64,000 nucleotides of DNA from Rebecca billardiae RCC1528 (Eukaryota; Protista; Haptophyta): positions 2,349,346-2,413,345 of the forward strand of contig OZ251232.1 of assembly GCA_965240325.2 (NCBI GenBank), read 5' to 3'. Position numbers and translations under genes: made by a program. The number at the start of each line of letters is the position of its first letter. Within the stretch, counting starts at the first letter, position 1. Under the pieces are notes generated by a model. The model was not told where the DNA came from. It was given only the letters and a program-made list of their open reading frames with translations, and searched no databases. Of this stretch, positions 10,101-23,169 are shown piece after piece.

Positions 10101-10133
10101 CAGCAGCGCCCCGCGCGAGAGGTGGGCCCGCAT
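7107..10133 (-). CDS. Secretory-pathway glycosyltransferase: N-terminal GT-A domain plus a C-terminal putative beta-propeller carbohydrate-active domain
   Basis: ATG 10133 gives signal peptide MRAHLSRGALLLLGLCGLTRC. GT-A motifs SPYDFTLFVDTD (DxD), NGGVLFWR and DQPPL. C-terminal HYTHLAFTVD..PPFAL and LMLGYGVNDC. Confidence 0.75.
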   Translation of the reverse strand: MRAHLSRGALLLLGLCGLTRCGAGPIALNKRKTSHGVVFAAVGKMGYVREALAAALAAREAGVAVTLFTSAEGVDMINRMGSTAARRGVELAVLTGHAAEPLSLLPNRTLVGERRHKIAAIMRSPYDFTLFVDTDTHFCGDARAVLLAVEAMLGRAYDFAAYAFRCHPPRGEKPSNAGCLAEVRVNGGVLFWRRTPRTDRLWARWAEEYEGAVRSFASAPCVEGLSFPYAKSRCGPSSSAIEVMDQPPLWRSIRATGARVLALSGAFNCKEARPQGSKQEKAFKEWSGFSFPRDCCTPMLQAWTGSTCLIDHHCTPPGGHAAARRPHKKPKKAHGRIAKNATASKTQAAGASRGRSLPPAASPPPSDPSLLYGVGPLEAGELALCPPLALCEPGARPGAAGSSSAGDEPGGGGAGGAGGGPPCAAPLVLRTSAGPAEPTPRFDGWNAAYASLRLEEAAALGVPTAAFVSLFTSSEGQCARAGGTLRAPRHAGWAARGPAWQLGKTDACAVALLDASLVELARGPVLLTRRCRALKECRLFREPDGNGGGAAGRAGLWGACTCGLRQSGPLASPEQTAVVSVAPLVLECIRDAPLAADGSACALRARLLADTHGGYTHGGYLNVSAAAAQSTGLSGGLSERHDQLPFWHGGALHLLWSLAPAPLAMRVQAQLELHTDRAGLRSASLLPERALPLAPLAPSGGAGVSGEDAARLDRAARAWASLPAAWASRVRLSAGPVPLPGGEELLCVGRLDRPSPTLGGGGGQESGSQGGWVRTSQPSPTPAPRPPPAAALGGEGGGGGGEAGGGGQRGANLSALARAQLGRSWAKDGHHYTHLAFTVDARPPFALRRVGPEWCLPALRSAAARPWSAPPQAAAAFLAQSAECETIQRVLSLQLLPAAPDAGTRGAGTPGVGRPDGGRDPTRGSSGSAGAGRAPRLAPTAAPELMLGYGVNDCTMAAVRVPLAQLTDGLRTPDEWRALRQRGAPPGMAERDEARCSAQAPSAHGPAA

Positions 10134-11249
10134 CGAGGCCTCGTGCACTCGTCGGGCGAGCCTGGCGCAGCGGGACAGCACTGGGCAGATTCCAGCGCAG
10201 TGGATGAAATCGGTGTAGTAGTTGATGACGAATATCAAAGATGAATACGAAGACACCATTTCAGATATGATACTCTAAGACCCTCACTTGATATATATAG
10301 TTCTATGATAAAAGAGCCCAGATGCTAATCATACTGCAGCGCACTGGGTAGATAGTGAACGCGGTATCGGGTCCTGGGCGAAAGCCCGCCGCCACGCGCA
10401 GGTCGTGAACGCTCGCGCTCGTGCATCTCGCCGCCGTCGACGGCATCGCCCTCGCGCCCGCCCGCCTCTGGCAGCTGTACACATCATACGACGTGCCGCA
10501 GTCGAGGCGTGACTTGGGGTGCCCGCAGCCCGCCGCCGACCGTCTCACTCGCTACCACACAACGCCGACGCCGCGCGCGCGGCGAGCCTGACGAGTGACG
10601 GTGGGCCGACGCGCTCGCCGTGGGACGCGGGGCCGGGTGGCTTCGCAGTTCGCACCATGTCAATCGCTCGCGCGCGAGCTACCGCGCGTGATGCCGGCGT
10701 GGGCCCCGCCGTGCCCTCCGCGGGCGGGCGTGGCACGGTGGCCGAGCTAGATGGTCTGAGCCCGGGCGGGTCTGACGCGGGTGCGCGGCCGACTGCGGCA
10801 CACCAAGGACGCCTGGCGACTGTGGGGCCTCGACTGCGGCACGTTGCAGTAGCCTCTACCACTCGGGTGGTCCCCCTATATTCTACGCCCTTGCTTCTAC
10901 TCAGTACTGTACAGACTGAGACAGTCAGTACTTTCTCCCGCTCCGGCGCCGTTCTGACGACGCGGCCTCGTGCTGACCGTGCTGTGCCCGCTGGTGACGC
11001 ATGCATTCGAGCACAGCACCAACGCCGCAACGCCTCGTTCGTCGACACGAACGGGAGTTGGGATGGCGAATGGCATGTGCCAGTGGCTCATGGGCCACCT
11101 CCGCCATGGGTGCCGCCTCCAAGCGCTGAGCCCGTGCGGCTACTCGGTAAGTCGGATGCGTCGTCGGTGAGGAACCGTCACGCGCACGTTATAAAGTCGG
11201 TTCGTGGGAATCGTGGCGCATACTGGCGTCCGTCGTGACCACCTCCGCA

Positions 11250-12023
11250 ATGGAGTGTGGCCGCCCCGCCGCTGACCAGGCGATGCGCGGGCCGGCGGGG
11301 GAGGGGTCGACGCGGGTGCGCGCGGTGGTGGACGAGACGGCGCGACTCGTCCGCGACGTGTGCGCCTGCATCGACCCGGCCCGCAGCTTCACCGTGGATG
11401 CGTGGGTCACTGGCAACGGTGACCTGCGCTTCAAGGTGTTCGTGTCGGGCAACTCCCCTGGGGACGTGGACGGTGCGGCGACCCCACAGGGCGGGGCTGG
11501 GCGTCCGAACAGGAGCCGCGGCCCCGCCCCCAGCGCACCGGCCCGCGGGCCGGTCCCGCCTCGCAAGGGGGGGGCAGCCACGCCAGTCTCTGGTGTGCCT
11601 GGTGCTGCGAAGAGGTCCAAGAGTTGGAAGAAGAAGCACCGCGCGGACGGCTCGCTGAGGCCGGCTGCGGGTACGCGACGGGTCAATCGTACTGACAAGG
11701 CGCGTGCGGGCCCGACGCCGCAGCTTCCCAACTCTGGCCCCTTCCGCGAGCTTGCGCCTTCGGCATCGTCGGAGCCGTCGTCGCGGCCGTCCCGCATGTC
11801 TTCGGACCGCCAAGAGGCCGGGGGCTGCCATCACCCTCTGGGTGATGGCGCCCCGGCTGCGGCGTCTGGGCATGAGGGCGCGGCGTCGGCGACGACCGAC
11901 GAGGTCGTGGGCGCGCTCTTCGCGGGCCCACTCGTCCCGATGGGGCGTGGGACCGCGCCTGGCCCTGTTCACAAGGTGTTTGTGTTCGGGGCAGGCGAAG
12001 GCTCTGCGCCACAACCGGGGTAG
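11250..12023 (+). CDS. Hypothetical ORF of atypical composition (possible mobile-element or orphan gene)
   Basis: ATG 11250 lies ~55 bp after TTATAAA. Globular-looking N-terminal part (RVRAVVDETARLVRDVCACID...LRFKVFVSG) and a basic cluster KRSKSWKKKHR. No family recognised. Confidence 0.3.
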   Translation: MECGRPAADQAMRGPAGEGSTRVRAVVDETARLVRDVCACIDPARSFTVDAWVTGNGDLRFKVFVSGNSPGDVDGAATPQGGAGRPNRSRGPAPSAPARGPVPPRKGGAATPVSGVPGAAKRSKSWKKKHRADGSLRPAAGTRRVNRTDKARAGPTPQLPNSGPFRELAPSASSEPSSRPSRMSSDRQEAGGCHHPLGDGAPAAASGHEGAASATTDEVVGALFAGPLVPMGRGTAPGPVHKVFVFGAGEGSAPQPG

Positions 12024-12611
12024 GTGGGCAGACAGGGGCTGGCGGCAGCCGAGAGGGGCCGCTTTCCCCCGCCCCCGCTGCTTGCGAAGGCGGCGGGGGT
12101 GCGCTGCTTGCCTTCGCGGGCGAGCAGCGCGCAGTTTACGCCGGGCATGTGGACCTGCCCACCCTTCATCTTCCAGTTCTTCCCTTCGGCTGGGGCTCGA
12201 TCAGTCGACGCGGCGTCGCTCACAGCGCAGGCAGGTGTTTGGCGTGGCTGCACTCTCGAGGTGGCTGGGATACAACATCCAGGTGCAGCACCCTCCCCGT
12301 GTGGTGTCAGAGCGCGCTCTCGAGCGCGTGCCTCCGAGCGCGGGGCGGCCGCTTGCTGCAATGGCCGCCTCGATGAGGTGCGGCAACGCGCCCCTCACCT
12401 GCCTGCGCCGGTCTGTTTTGTGGCGGTGTGTTTGTGCAGTGTTGGATGGCGTTAATCACGCCTTATTAACCAAGTGTGCACGTTAAATCATAGTAAACTG
12501 TAGAGAACTCAAATGACGACGACGAAAGAATTGAGAATTCAGCGACGAAAATCACGACTGGCGCGGTCGCGACTCGCGTCCGCGCCCGGTCCCAGCTCGA
12601 CTGCACCAGGC

Positions 12612-14428
12612 ATGAAGGCCATCCGCGAGGTCGTCGAGCGCGAGCGCCGCGCGCTTCGCATCGCCTTCGTGCTCTTCGACGAGTACGAGCTGCTCGACGC
12701 GTTCGGCCCGCTCGAGCTCTTCGCGACGTGCGCCCCGCTGCGTGCGCGCTCGCTGAGCGTGCTCACGCTCTCAGCTGCACCCGACCGGCGCGCGCGGCCG
12801 GCGGGCGGCCCCGTCACGCTCACCGACGCGTGCATCCACGACGCCGCGGCGATCTCGCCGCCGCCCGACGTGCTCTTCGTGCCGGGCGGCCTCGGCACGC
12901 GCGCGCTCGTCGACGACGCGCGCTTTGTGCGCCGGCTTGGCGAGCTCGCGCGCGCGGCAAAGCTCACGCTCACCGTGTGCACGGGCTCGTTCCTCCTCGC
13001 CGCGACGGGCGCGCTCGACGGCCTCCGCGCCACCACGAACAAGCGCGCGCTGCCCAGCGTCGCCGCGCGCTTCCCGGCGGTGCGCTGGGCCGAGACTGCG
13101 CGTTGGGTCCACGACGGCGCGGTTCTGTCCAGCTCAGGCGTGAGCGCGGGCACGGACATGGCCGCGCACTTCCTCGGCGCGGCGTTTGGCGCCGCGCTCG
13201 CGGCGCGCGTGCTCCGGGAGTGCGAGTACACCGCCCGCTTCGGCGCGGAGGACGACCCGTTCGCCGACGCCGCGCGCGCGCGCGCCGCGGGCGCGCACCC
13301 GCCCGCGCTCCGCAGCTCGCGCGACGGGCGGCCGCCGCTGCGCGTGCTGCTGCTGCTGTACGACCAGATCGGTGCGTGCCGCGCGGGGTGAGGGTTCGGC
13401 CGAGGGCTGCGGCATTATCGGGGGGAGTCGGCAAACGGGTCATCCCAGCGCCCGTGGCGCGTGCGCGCGTGCCGCGCGCGTGCCCTCCGCGCGACGCTGC
13501 GCCGACACCGAGCCCTTCGCGGAGGCGCGGGCTCGGGAGCCCACTGGCCTCCGCTGACTGGAGCGCGCTGCGACGTGCGACGTCGTGCCGCGCGCGCCGC
13601 CCCCGCCCCCGCGCGCGCTGTGCCCTGCCCCCGCGGCGCGCCCGCGGCGGCGGCGCAGAGCTCCTGGACACCGTCGGCCCCCTCGAGGTGTTCGAGCTCG
13701 CCAACCGCGCGCTGCGCGAGGCCGGCGCCGAGCGCGGCGCGTTCGAGCTCACGACCGTGAGCGTCGACGGCCCCGCCGTGCGCTCGTTTGGCGGGCCGCG
13801 CTTCGAGCCGGACGTCGTCGCGTGCGCCGGGCGGGGCGGCGGCGAGGCGGAGGAGGCCGCAGCGCGGCTGATCGCGGCGGGCGTCGACGTGGTGCTCGTG
13901 CCGGGCGGCGTGGGCAGCCTGCGCGAGGCCTGCCGCGCTGACACGCTCTCGCTACTGCGCGCGCTCGCGCGCGCGTGCCGCCACAGCGTGCTCAGCGTGT
14001 GCACCGGGTCGCAGCTGCTCGCGGCCGCGGGGCTGCTCGACGGGCGGCGCGCGACGACGAACAAGATGCTCTTCGACCTGGTCGGCGCGTACGGCCCGCG
14101 CGTGCGCTGGGTGCGCGCGGCGCGCTGGGTCGTGGACGGCGCGTTCGTCACCGCCTCCGGCGTCTCGGCGGGCACGGACATGGCCCTGGCCGTGGTCGAG
14201 CGCTCGCACGGCCGCGCGCTCGCGCTCGCCGCGGCCGAGGCCGCCGAGTACGCGTGGGCGGAGGACCCGGTGGACGACCCGTTCGTGGGCTGCATCCCGC
14301 GGCCCACGCTGCTCCGCCGCCTCTTCGTGCGCGGCGCGCCGCTCGTGGTCGGCGCGATGTTCCGCGTCGGCTTTGCGCTGGGCTTCAGCATGCGCGGCGT
14401 CTCGGCGATGTTGCGCACCGCCGCCTGA
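12612..14428 (+). CDS. Tandem two-domain DJ-1/PfpI family protein (isocyanide-hydratase-like), 2 exons
   Basis: join(12612..13371,13659..14428). The GT..CAG intron 13372-13658 restores YDQI-E-LLDTVGPLEVF. Both domains carry ELLD..GPLE.F, VPGG, VCTGS (catalytic Cys), ATTNK and SGVSAGTDM. Confidence 0.9.
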
Positions 14429-14516
14429 CGACGATGCTACTACTAGGCGGCGGTACTACTGATGCTGCTGCGCAACTGACTCATTAATATAATAATACGG
14501 CGGCTGACGACGATGA

Positions 14517-15257
<741 letters not shown>

Positions 15258-15402
15258 CTTTGAAGCAGCCAAGGTGATGCGCCGCACGCGTCGCTCGCGC
15301 GCCCCGCGGCTGCTAATTCAATTACGGGCGGGAGTAATTCCAATGGTCGTCACGGGCGCACGCCGCCGTTCAGAGCGCGCCGCGGCGGTGCGCCGCCGGA
15401 TG

Positions 15403-15502
15403 CTACGCCGTGGGCGCGAGCGCGGCGCCCGTCACCGCGCGCTCGAGCGCGCGCACCGAGCGCACGAGAAGCTCGGCGTCGCTCGCGCCCGCCAGCTCGT
15501 CC

Positions 15503-15555
<53 letters not shown>

Positions 15556-15751
15556 CTTTGCTGCGCCCGCGGCTGCCGCGCCCGCGCCGCCGCCGCCGTC
15601 CGCGCGCGCCCACGCGCCGAGCAGGCGGCGCGCCTCGCGCACACCCGAGTCGAGCGCGCCGTGCACCGTGCCAAAGTGACGCGCGGACGTGGCCTCGCCG
15701 CAGAAGAGCACGCGCGGCAGCGGCGGCGGCGGCGGCTCGCGCGCCGCGCCG

Positions 15752-15789
<38 letters not shown>

Positions 15790-17394
15790 CGGCGGCGCGC
15801 CCAGCGGCGGCGGGCGCGGCGCGAGCAGCGGCGCCGCAAGCGTCTCGGCGACGTCGGCGCGCGCGCCGGGCAGCGGGTGCGTGTAGCTGCCGCCGATGCT
15901 GCCCTCCGCCGCCCAGCGCGTCGCCGCGCACGCCACCGGCTCCCAGCCCAGCCGCGCCCACACAAAGCGCAGCGCGGCGCGCGCCTCGGCCAACAGAGCG
16001 CTCGGCTCGCGGCCGGAGACGGCAAGCGCCGCGTCTCCGGTGAGCCAGCCGAGGTAGGTGGCCGTGCAGCAGCCGGCGCCGCCCGCGCCGCCCGGCTGCG
16101 CCGCCGGCTGCCCGTGCGCGCGCGCGCGCTCGCGCGCGCTCGGCTCGCGCCTCAGCTCGGAGAGCGCGCGCGCCCACGCGCGCGGCGCGCCCGCGGCGCG
16201 GGCGGCCGGAGGCGGCGCGCGCGCGCGCGCGCCCGCGCCCGCGCCGCCGGCGGGCGCGGAGGGCTGCGGCGCTTCGTCGTCGAGCCAGAGCAGCCGGATC
16301 TCCTCGGGCAGCGGCGCGGGCTGCTGCCCCTGCCCGGCGCACGGCGCGAGCGTGACGAACACCTTCTCCACCGCGCCCAGCTCGAGGCTGCCCGCGGCGC
16401 GCAGCGTCTCAGCCGGGAGCGGCGGATCGAAGCGGAGCGCGCGCAGCGCGGGCAGCGGGACGGAGACGACGACCGCGTCGGCGCACAGCACCGCCTCCTC
16501 CTGCGCGACGATCTCGGCGGCGGCGGCGGCGGCGCCATCCTCGCCCGCCGCGGCGCGGCGCGCGCGGCCGTAGTGCACCGCCGCGCCGCCGGACGCCCAG
16601 CGGACGAGCGACGCCTCGGCGCCGAGCAGCACGCGCCCATCTCTCTGCAGCGGCGCGGCGAGCGCGCGCGTGAGGCGGGAGAAGCCGCCGGGGACGCGCT
16701 GGTGCGGCCCCGGCAGCGCCTCGTACCACGCGAGCGCGCCCGCCGCCTCGCGCGCCAGCTCGGCGCACCCGTCCTCCGCGCACTGCAGCAGCGCCGCGCC
16801 GCGCCACGCGGCGCGCGCCAGCGTCGCATGCTCTGCGGCCGTGGCGCGCAGCAGGCCGCGCAGCCGCGGCGCGAGCGCGGCGCCGACGCTGCGCGGCGGC
16901 TCGGGCGCGCCGCGCCGCGCGCGCGCGCCGGCGCCGACGCTCGCGTCGCCCGCCTCGAGCGCGCAGATCGCCTCCTCGAACGCGGCCGCGGCGGCGCGCA
17001 CGGCGGCGAGCTGCGCGGCGCACAGCGGAGCGCCGTCCGCGCGCAGCCAAAGCGGCTCGGCGGGGTCGGCGGGCGGCGGGTCGGCGGGCGGGGCCGCGGC
17101 GTCGAGCAGCCCGAGCCCCGCCGCGAGCGCGTGCGCCGTGTTGCCCACCACGCCGTGCAGCCACGTCGCGCCGAGCTCGAGCGCGGCCGGCGCGTCCGCG
17201 CCGCCGCCGCCGCCGCCGCCGTCCGCCGTGTGCACGCGGCCGCCGGTGCGCGGCAGCGCCTCGAGCACGGTGACGTGCACGCCGTGCGCGGCAAGGACCG
17301 CCGCGCACGCCAGCCCCGCCGCGCCCGCGCCGACCACGACGCACGAGCGCGGCGGCGGCGGCGGCTCGGAGGCGTGCGCGCGGCCGTCCGCCAT
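15403..17394 (-). CDS. Flavin-containing amine oxidase (polyamine oxidase-like)
   Basis: ATG 17394. FAD-binding VVVGAGAAGLACA, LEA..RTGGRVHT, ELGATWLHG, GSYT, and C-terminal LFCGEATS..FGTVHGALDSGVREARRL. Confidence 0.9.
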
Positions 17395-18137
17395 GCCGCT
17401 AGCGACGGGTCCACGTGAACGCGACACAGCCGCGGCGCGCCTTGATGAAGTGGCGCTGCTGATGCCCCGGCCGCTGATGCGCGCGCCGAGATGCCAATCT
17501 CCGCCCAATCCTTTAATTCCGAGCGCTGAATGTGCATGCCGCTTAGAGAGGCTGAGCCTACTGGGAGCACCGAGCACCGAGCAGCCGCCCTCCCGCTCCG
17601 CAGCCAGGCCCAGCTGCCAGGGGGCCGGCGGCGCTGCTCCGCCCTGCGCTGGCGAGCCGCGCGGGCAGTCGCCAGTAAGAGTGCCGCCGATATGAGGACT
17701 CAATACTAGTGATGGATGCATGCTGCTCACGGCGGACTCGTGCCCGAATGCGGAGTGCACACTCATTTCGGCTGGCGCCCGCGCCCGGCCGAGGCGGCCG
17801 ACTGGCGACTCCGCTAATGTCTCTAGCTTTGATTCGGCCCGCAGTCAGGCTATAGTGACGACTCTTGAACCGTGCCAACTTCACGGAGTGCCGCCATCCT
17901 GTCACTGCTGTCGTCAGACTTTGAGACTCAGTCACTAGCCAGTCACTCTGACTCCGGTGGCGCCGCGGAGTCTGCTTGAAGTCAGTCAGCCCGCCGCGGC
18001 CGCGCCGCGGACCGGGCTCCTCAGCGCTACTCAGTCGTCATAGCACTTCGACTTCGTCCCGCGCGGCCGGGGCGGGCCGGCGTCCCGGCCGGCGGGCCCG
18101 CCGTCCCGCGCGTCTCCAGTCTCCTTATTATAATCGT

Positions 18138-19627
<1,490 letters not shown>

Positions 19628-19747
19628 TAATAACGATTAACGCTCTACGCCCGTACGGCACGAGTGACCGGGTCAGTTTGGGAGTGGCACAAGCAGAGTC
19701 AAGACCCGGTACGGCCAGTGAGACACTAGACACGCATCACTAGACAG

Positions 19748-19955
19748 TCAGCCCTCCGCGGCCCAGCCCCTTGGCACGACTGAGGGCGGCAGCTGCCACT
19801 CAGCCGCCCCGAACACGGGGCTCACGATCAGCGCGCCGCCCTCGCCGCCCGCCGCGCGCGGCGGCGCCGCGCCGGGCGGCAGCCGGCAGCGCGCGCCCGC
19901 CCAGCGCGCGAGCCACTCCGGCCGGACCTCGAGCACGCCGCGCATGTACCGCCGC

Positions 19956-19992
<37 letters not shown>

Positions 19993-22900
19993 CGGCCGCC
20001 GGCGCGAGCAGCTCCACGTAGGCCACGTACTGCGGGCGGGGGCGGCGGCGCGCGAGGCGCTCGCGAGGGTGCAGCCACTGCAGGGCGGGCGCGCCGCCGC
20101 CGTGCGCACGCTCGGTTGCGTCGACGTATGCGCCGCGCGCGCGCCGCGGCGGCACGCCCGCCGCCTCGGCGCGCGCGAGCGCGTTGGGCTGCAGCTGCGC
20201 GCGGCGCGCGACGCGGTCGACGAGCCCGGCTGCGACGGCCTCGCACAGCCGCGCCTGCTGCGTCGCGCTCGGCCGGGAGCGGTGGGCGGCGCGCCGCGCG
20301 CCGCCGCCGCCGCCCTCGGCCGCCGCCGCCGCGCCCGGACTCGCCGCGCCGCGCGCCGCCGCCATCGCCGCGCGCGCGCGCGCCGCGTCGGCAGCCAGCG
20401 CCTCGCGCCGCGCGCTGCCGCGCGGCAGGCGCTCGAGCGTGGCGCACAGCTGCGCGGCGAGCGCCGAGCCCTCGGCGAGCACGCCGTGGTGCGCGCGCGC
20501 GCGCGCACAGAAGGTGCGCGTCGCGCGGCCCGCCGCCTCGCGCGCCGCCGTTGGCCCCCGGTGCGCGGCGGCCGCGGCCGCGCTCGCGGCCGCGGCCTCG
20601 AAGCCCAGCAGCAGCTGCAGCCGACACAGCGGCTCGGACTCGGCGGCGGCCCACGGCGGCGGCGCGTCCGCCGCCGCGCCGCCCGCCGCGTCCGCGGCCT
20701 CGTCGTCGCGGTCGTCGTCGGCAGCGTCAGCCCACGGCTCATGCAGCGAGAGCATTGCGACTGCCGGCACCGCCCAGCGCAGCACGCCCAGCTCGTGCGC
20801 CGCGAGGAGCATCCGGCCGAAGCGCGGCGCGAGCGGCAGCTGCGCCAGCAGCGAGCCCTCGGCCGTGACCGCGCCGTCGGCGCGCACGGCCCCGAGTGCG
20901 CGCAGCGCGGCGTCGGACGCGCGCAGCTGCGCTGCGGGCGGCGGCGTCGGGAAAGGGAACGTGGCGGGCGAGGCGACGCCCATCGCGCGCAGCAGGAGCA
21001 CGACGGCGTCGAGCGGCGCGCCGAGCAGCGCGGGCGGGTGCTGCGGCGGGAACGCGTTGCCGAGCGCCGCCGCGCTGTACAGCCGGTAGCAGTGCCCCGG
21101 GCCGACGCGGCCCGCGCGCCCCGCGCGCTGCTGCGCGGACGCCTGCGAAATCCATCGCGTCACAAAGCTGGCCGCGCCCGTCGCACCGCAGTACACGCGC
21201 GCCTTCTCGCGGCCGCCGTCGACCACGTACCGCACGTGCGGAAGCGTGAGCGACGACTCGGCCACGTTCGTCGCGACGATCACGCGCCGCGCGCCCGGCT
21301 CGGCGGGCCGCGCCCACACGCGCGCCTGCTGCTGCGGCGGTAGCAGCGCGTACAACGGAAGAACGTCGAGCGCGCCGCACGCCGGGCCGTCGTCGGCGCC
21401 GTCGTCGTCGTCGTCGTCGTCGTCAGAGTCGGAGTCGGACGGCGCGGGGTCCGAGTCGGACCAGCCCGCGCCCTCCGCGCCCTCCGCGTCCGCATCCGCG
21501 CCGGCCGCCGCCGCGCCCGCCGGGCCGCCGCCGCCGGGGGCTGTGGCGGCGTCGTCGATGCTCGCGGGCACGCGGCCACCCGGCGCGCCGGCTTCGGCGT
21601 CGGCGTCGGCGTCGGCGTCGCCGTCACCGTCCGCGTCGCAGCCGGCGACGAGGCCGAGCGAGCCGCCCTCGCCCTCCGCGCCCGCGCCCGCGCCCGCGCC
21701 CGCGTCCGCGCCGGGCCGCTCGGCGCGCGGCGCCGCGCCCGCCCCCCTTGCGCCCGGCCGCGCGCCGCCGCCGCCCCCGCTCCGCCCGAGCCGCGCGCAC
21801 AGCGCTTGCACCTCGCGCGCCCCCGGCGCAAAGACGAGGATGTCGCCGGGCGGCAATCGCGCGGCGATCTGGCGCACGCGGCGCGCGGCGAGGCGCTCGA
21901 GCTCGGCGTCGGTGAGCGGCGTGCGCTTGGCGTGGTGCAGCGAGACCGCGTGCTGCCGCCCCGGGATCCGAAGCACGCGCGGCGCGCACGGCAACGCGAG
22001 CGCCTCCGCCGCGCCGCGCGGCGCCGCGCCGCCCCGAGCCGCCCGGACCGCCGGAGGCGGCCGGACCGGGAAGAGCCGCGCGTCCGCCGCCAGCTCGTCC
22101 GCGCCGAGCGTCGCCGACATGATGATCAGCTTGAGCGGCGGCAGTCCGGGCGCCGAGTCCGGGAGTCCGGGCGCCGAGTCCGGGTGGCGGCGGAGCATGA
22201 CGGCGCGCGCGAGGAGCGGCAGGAGGAGGTCGAGCGGCGCCGAGCGCTCGTGCGCCTCGTCGAGCACCACCGCGCCGTACGCTCGCAGCAGCAGGTCCGC
22301 GCGCGCCTCGTTCAGCAGAATCCCCTCCGTCATGAATTTAATTCTCGTGGCCGCGCAAATAAAATTGCGCTCGTGCCGGACCTGGTGGCCGACGAGGCGG
22401 CCGGGGGCGGGCTCGCCCATCTCGTGCGCGACGCGCGCGGCGAGCGCCTCCGCCGCCACGCGCCTGGGCTGCGTCACGCCCACGCGCAGCCCGCCCTCGC
22501 AGTACCCCGCCTCGAACAAAAACTGCGGCACCTGCGTCGATTTTCCCGAGCCGGTGTCCGCGCACAGAATTAAAATATCCGACGGCCCTTCGAGCGCGTC
22601 GAGCACCTCGGCCTCCTCGGCGACGACGGGGAGGGCGAGGCGCGCGGAGGCGACCGCGGCGGGGCGGGGCACGGGCACGTGCACCGCCGCGCGCGCGCCG
22701 CCCGCGCCGCGCGCCGCCCGCGCCGCCGCGCGCGCGGCGGGCGCGGGCGCGGGCGCGGCCGCGGCGGCGCGCTTGCGCATCGGCGGCGCGCGCGGCGGCG
22801 GCGGCGGCTCGGCGCGCGGCGCGGCGGCGGCGGGCTCGGGCTCCCCGACGTCGGCGTCCTCCGCCACGCCGCGACGCGCCGGCACGTCGCGCGCCGCATC

Positions 22901-23129
22901 GCCCGGCTCGTCCGCGGCGGCGCGCGGCGCGCGCGGCGCGTCGTCGTCGTCGGCGTCGGCGGCGCCGCCGCCGGGCGCGCGGCGCGCGCGCTTGGGCGGC
23001 CTGGGTGGCGGCGGCGCGTCCGCCTCGCCGCCGAGTGCGGAGAGCGCGCCGCCCCAGCCCGTCGCCTTGGACGCCCAGAACGCGTCGTCGTCCTCCTCGG
23101 CCTCCTCGGCCTCACCGCCACCGCCGCCC

Positions 23130-23169
<40 letters not shown>

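Noticed and set aside
22141-22185. 21-bp tandem duplication in DHX37 (PDSAPGL x2)
   Set aside because: A small in-frame loop duplication between helicase motifs II and III; unremarkable.
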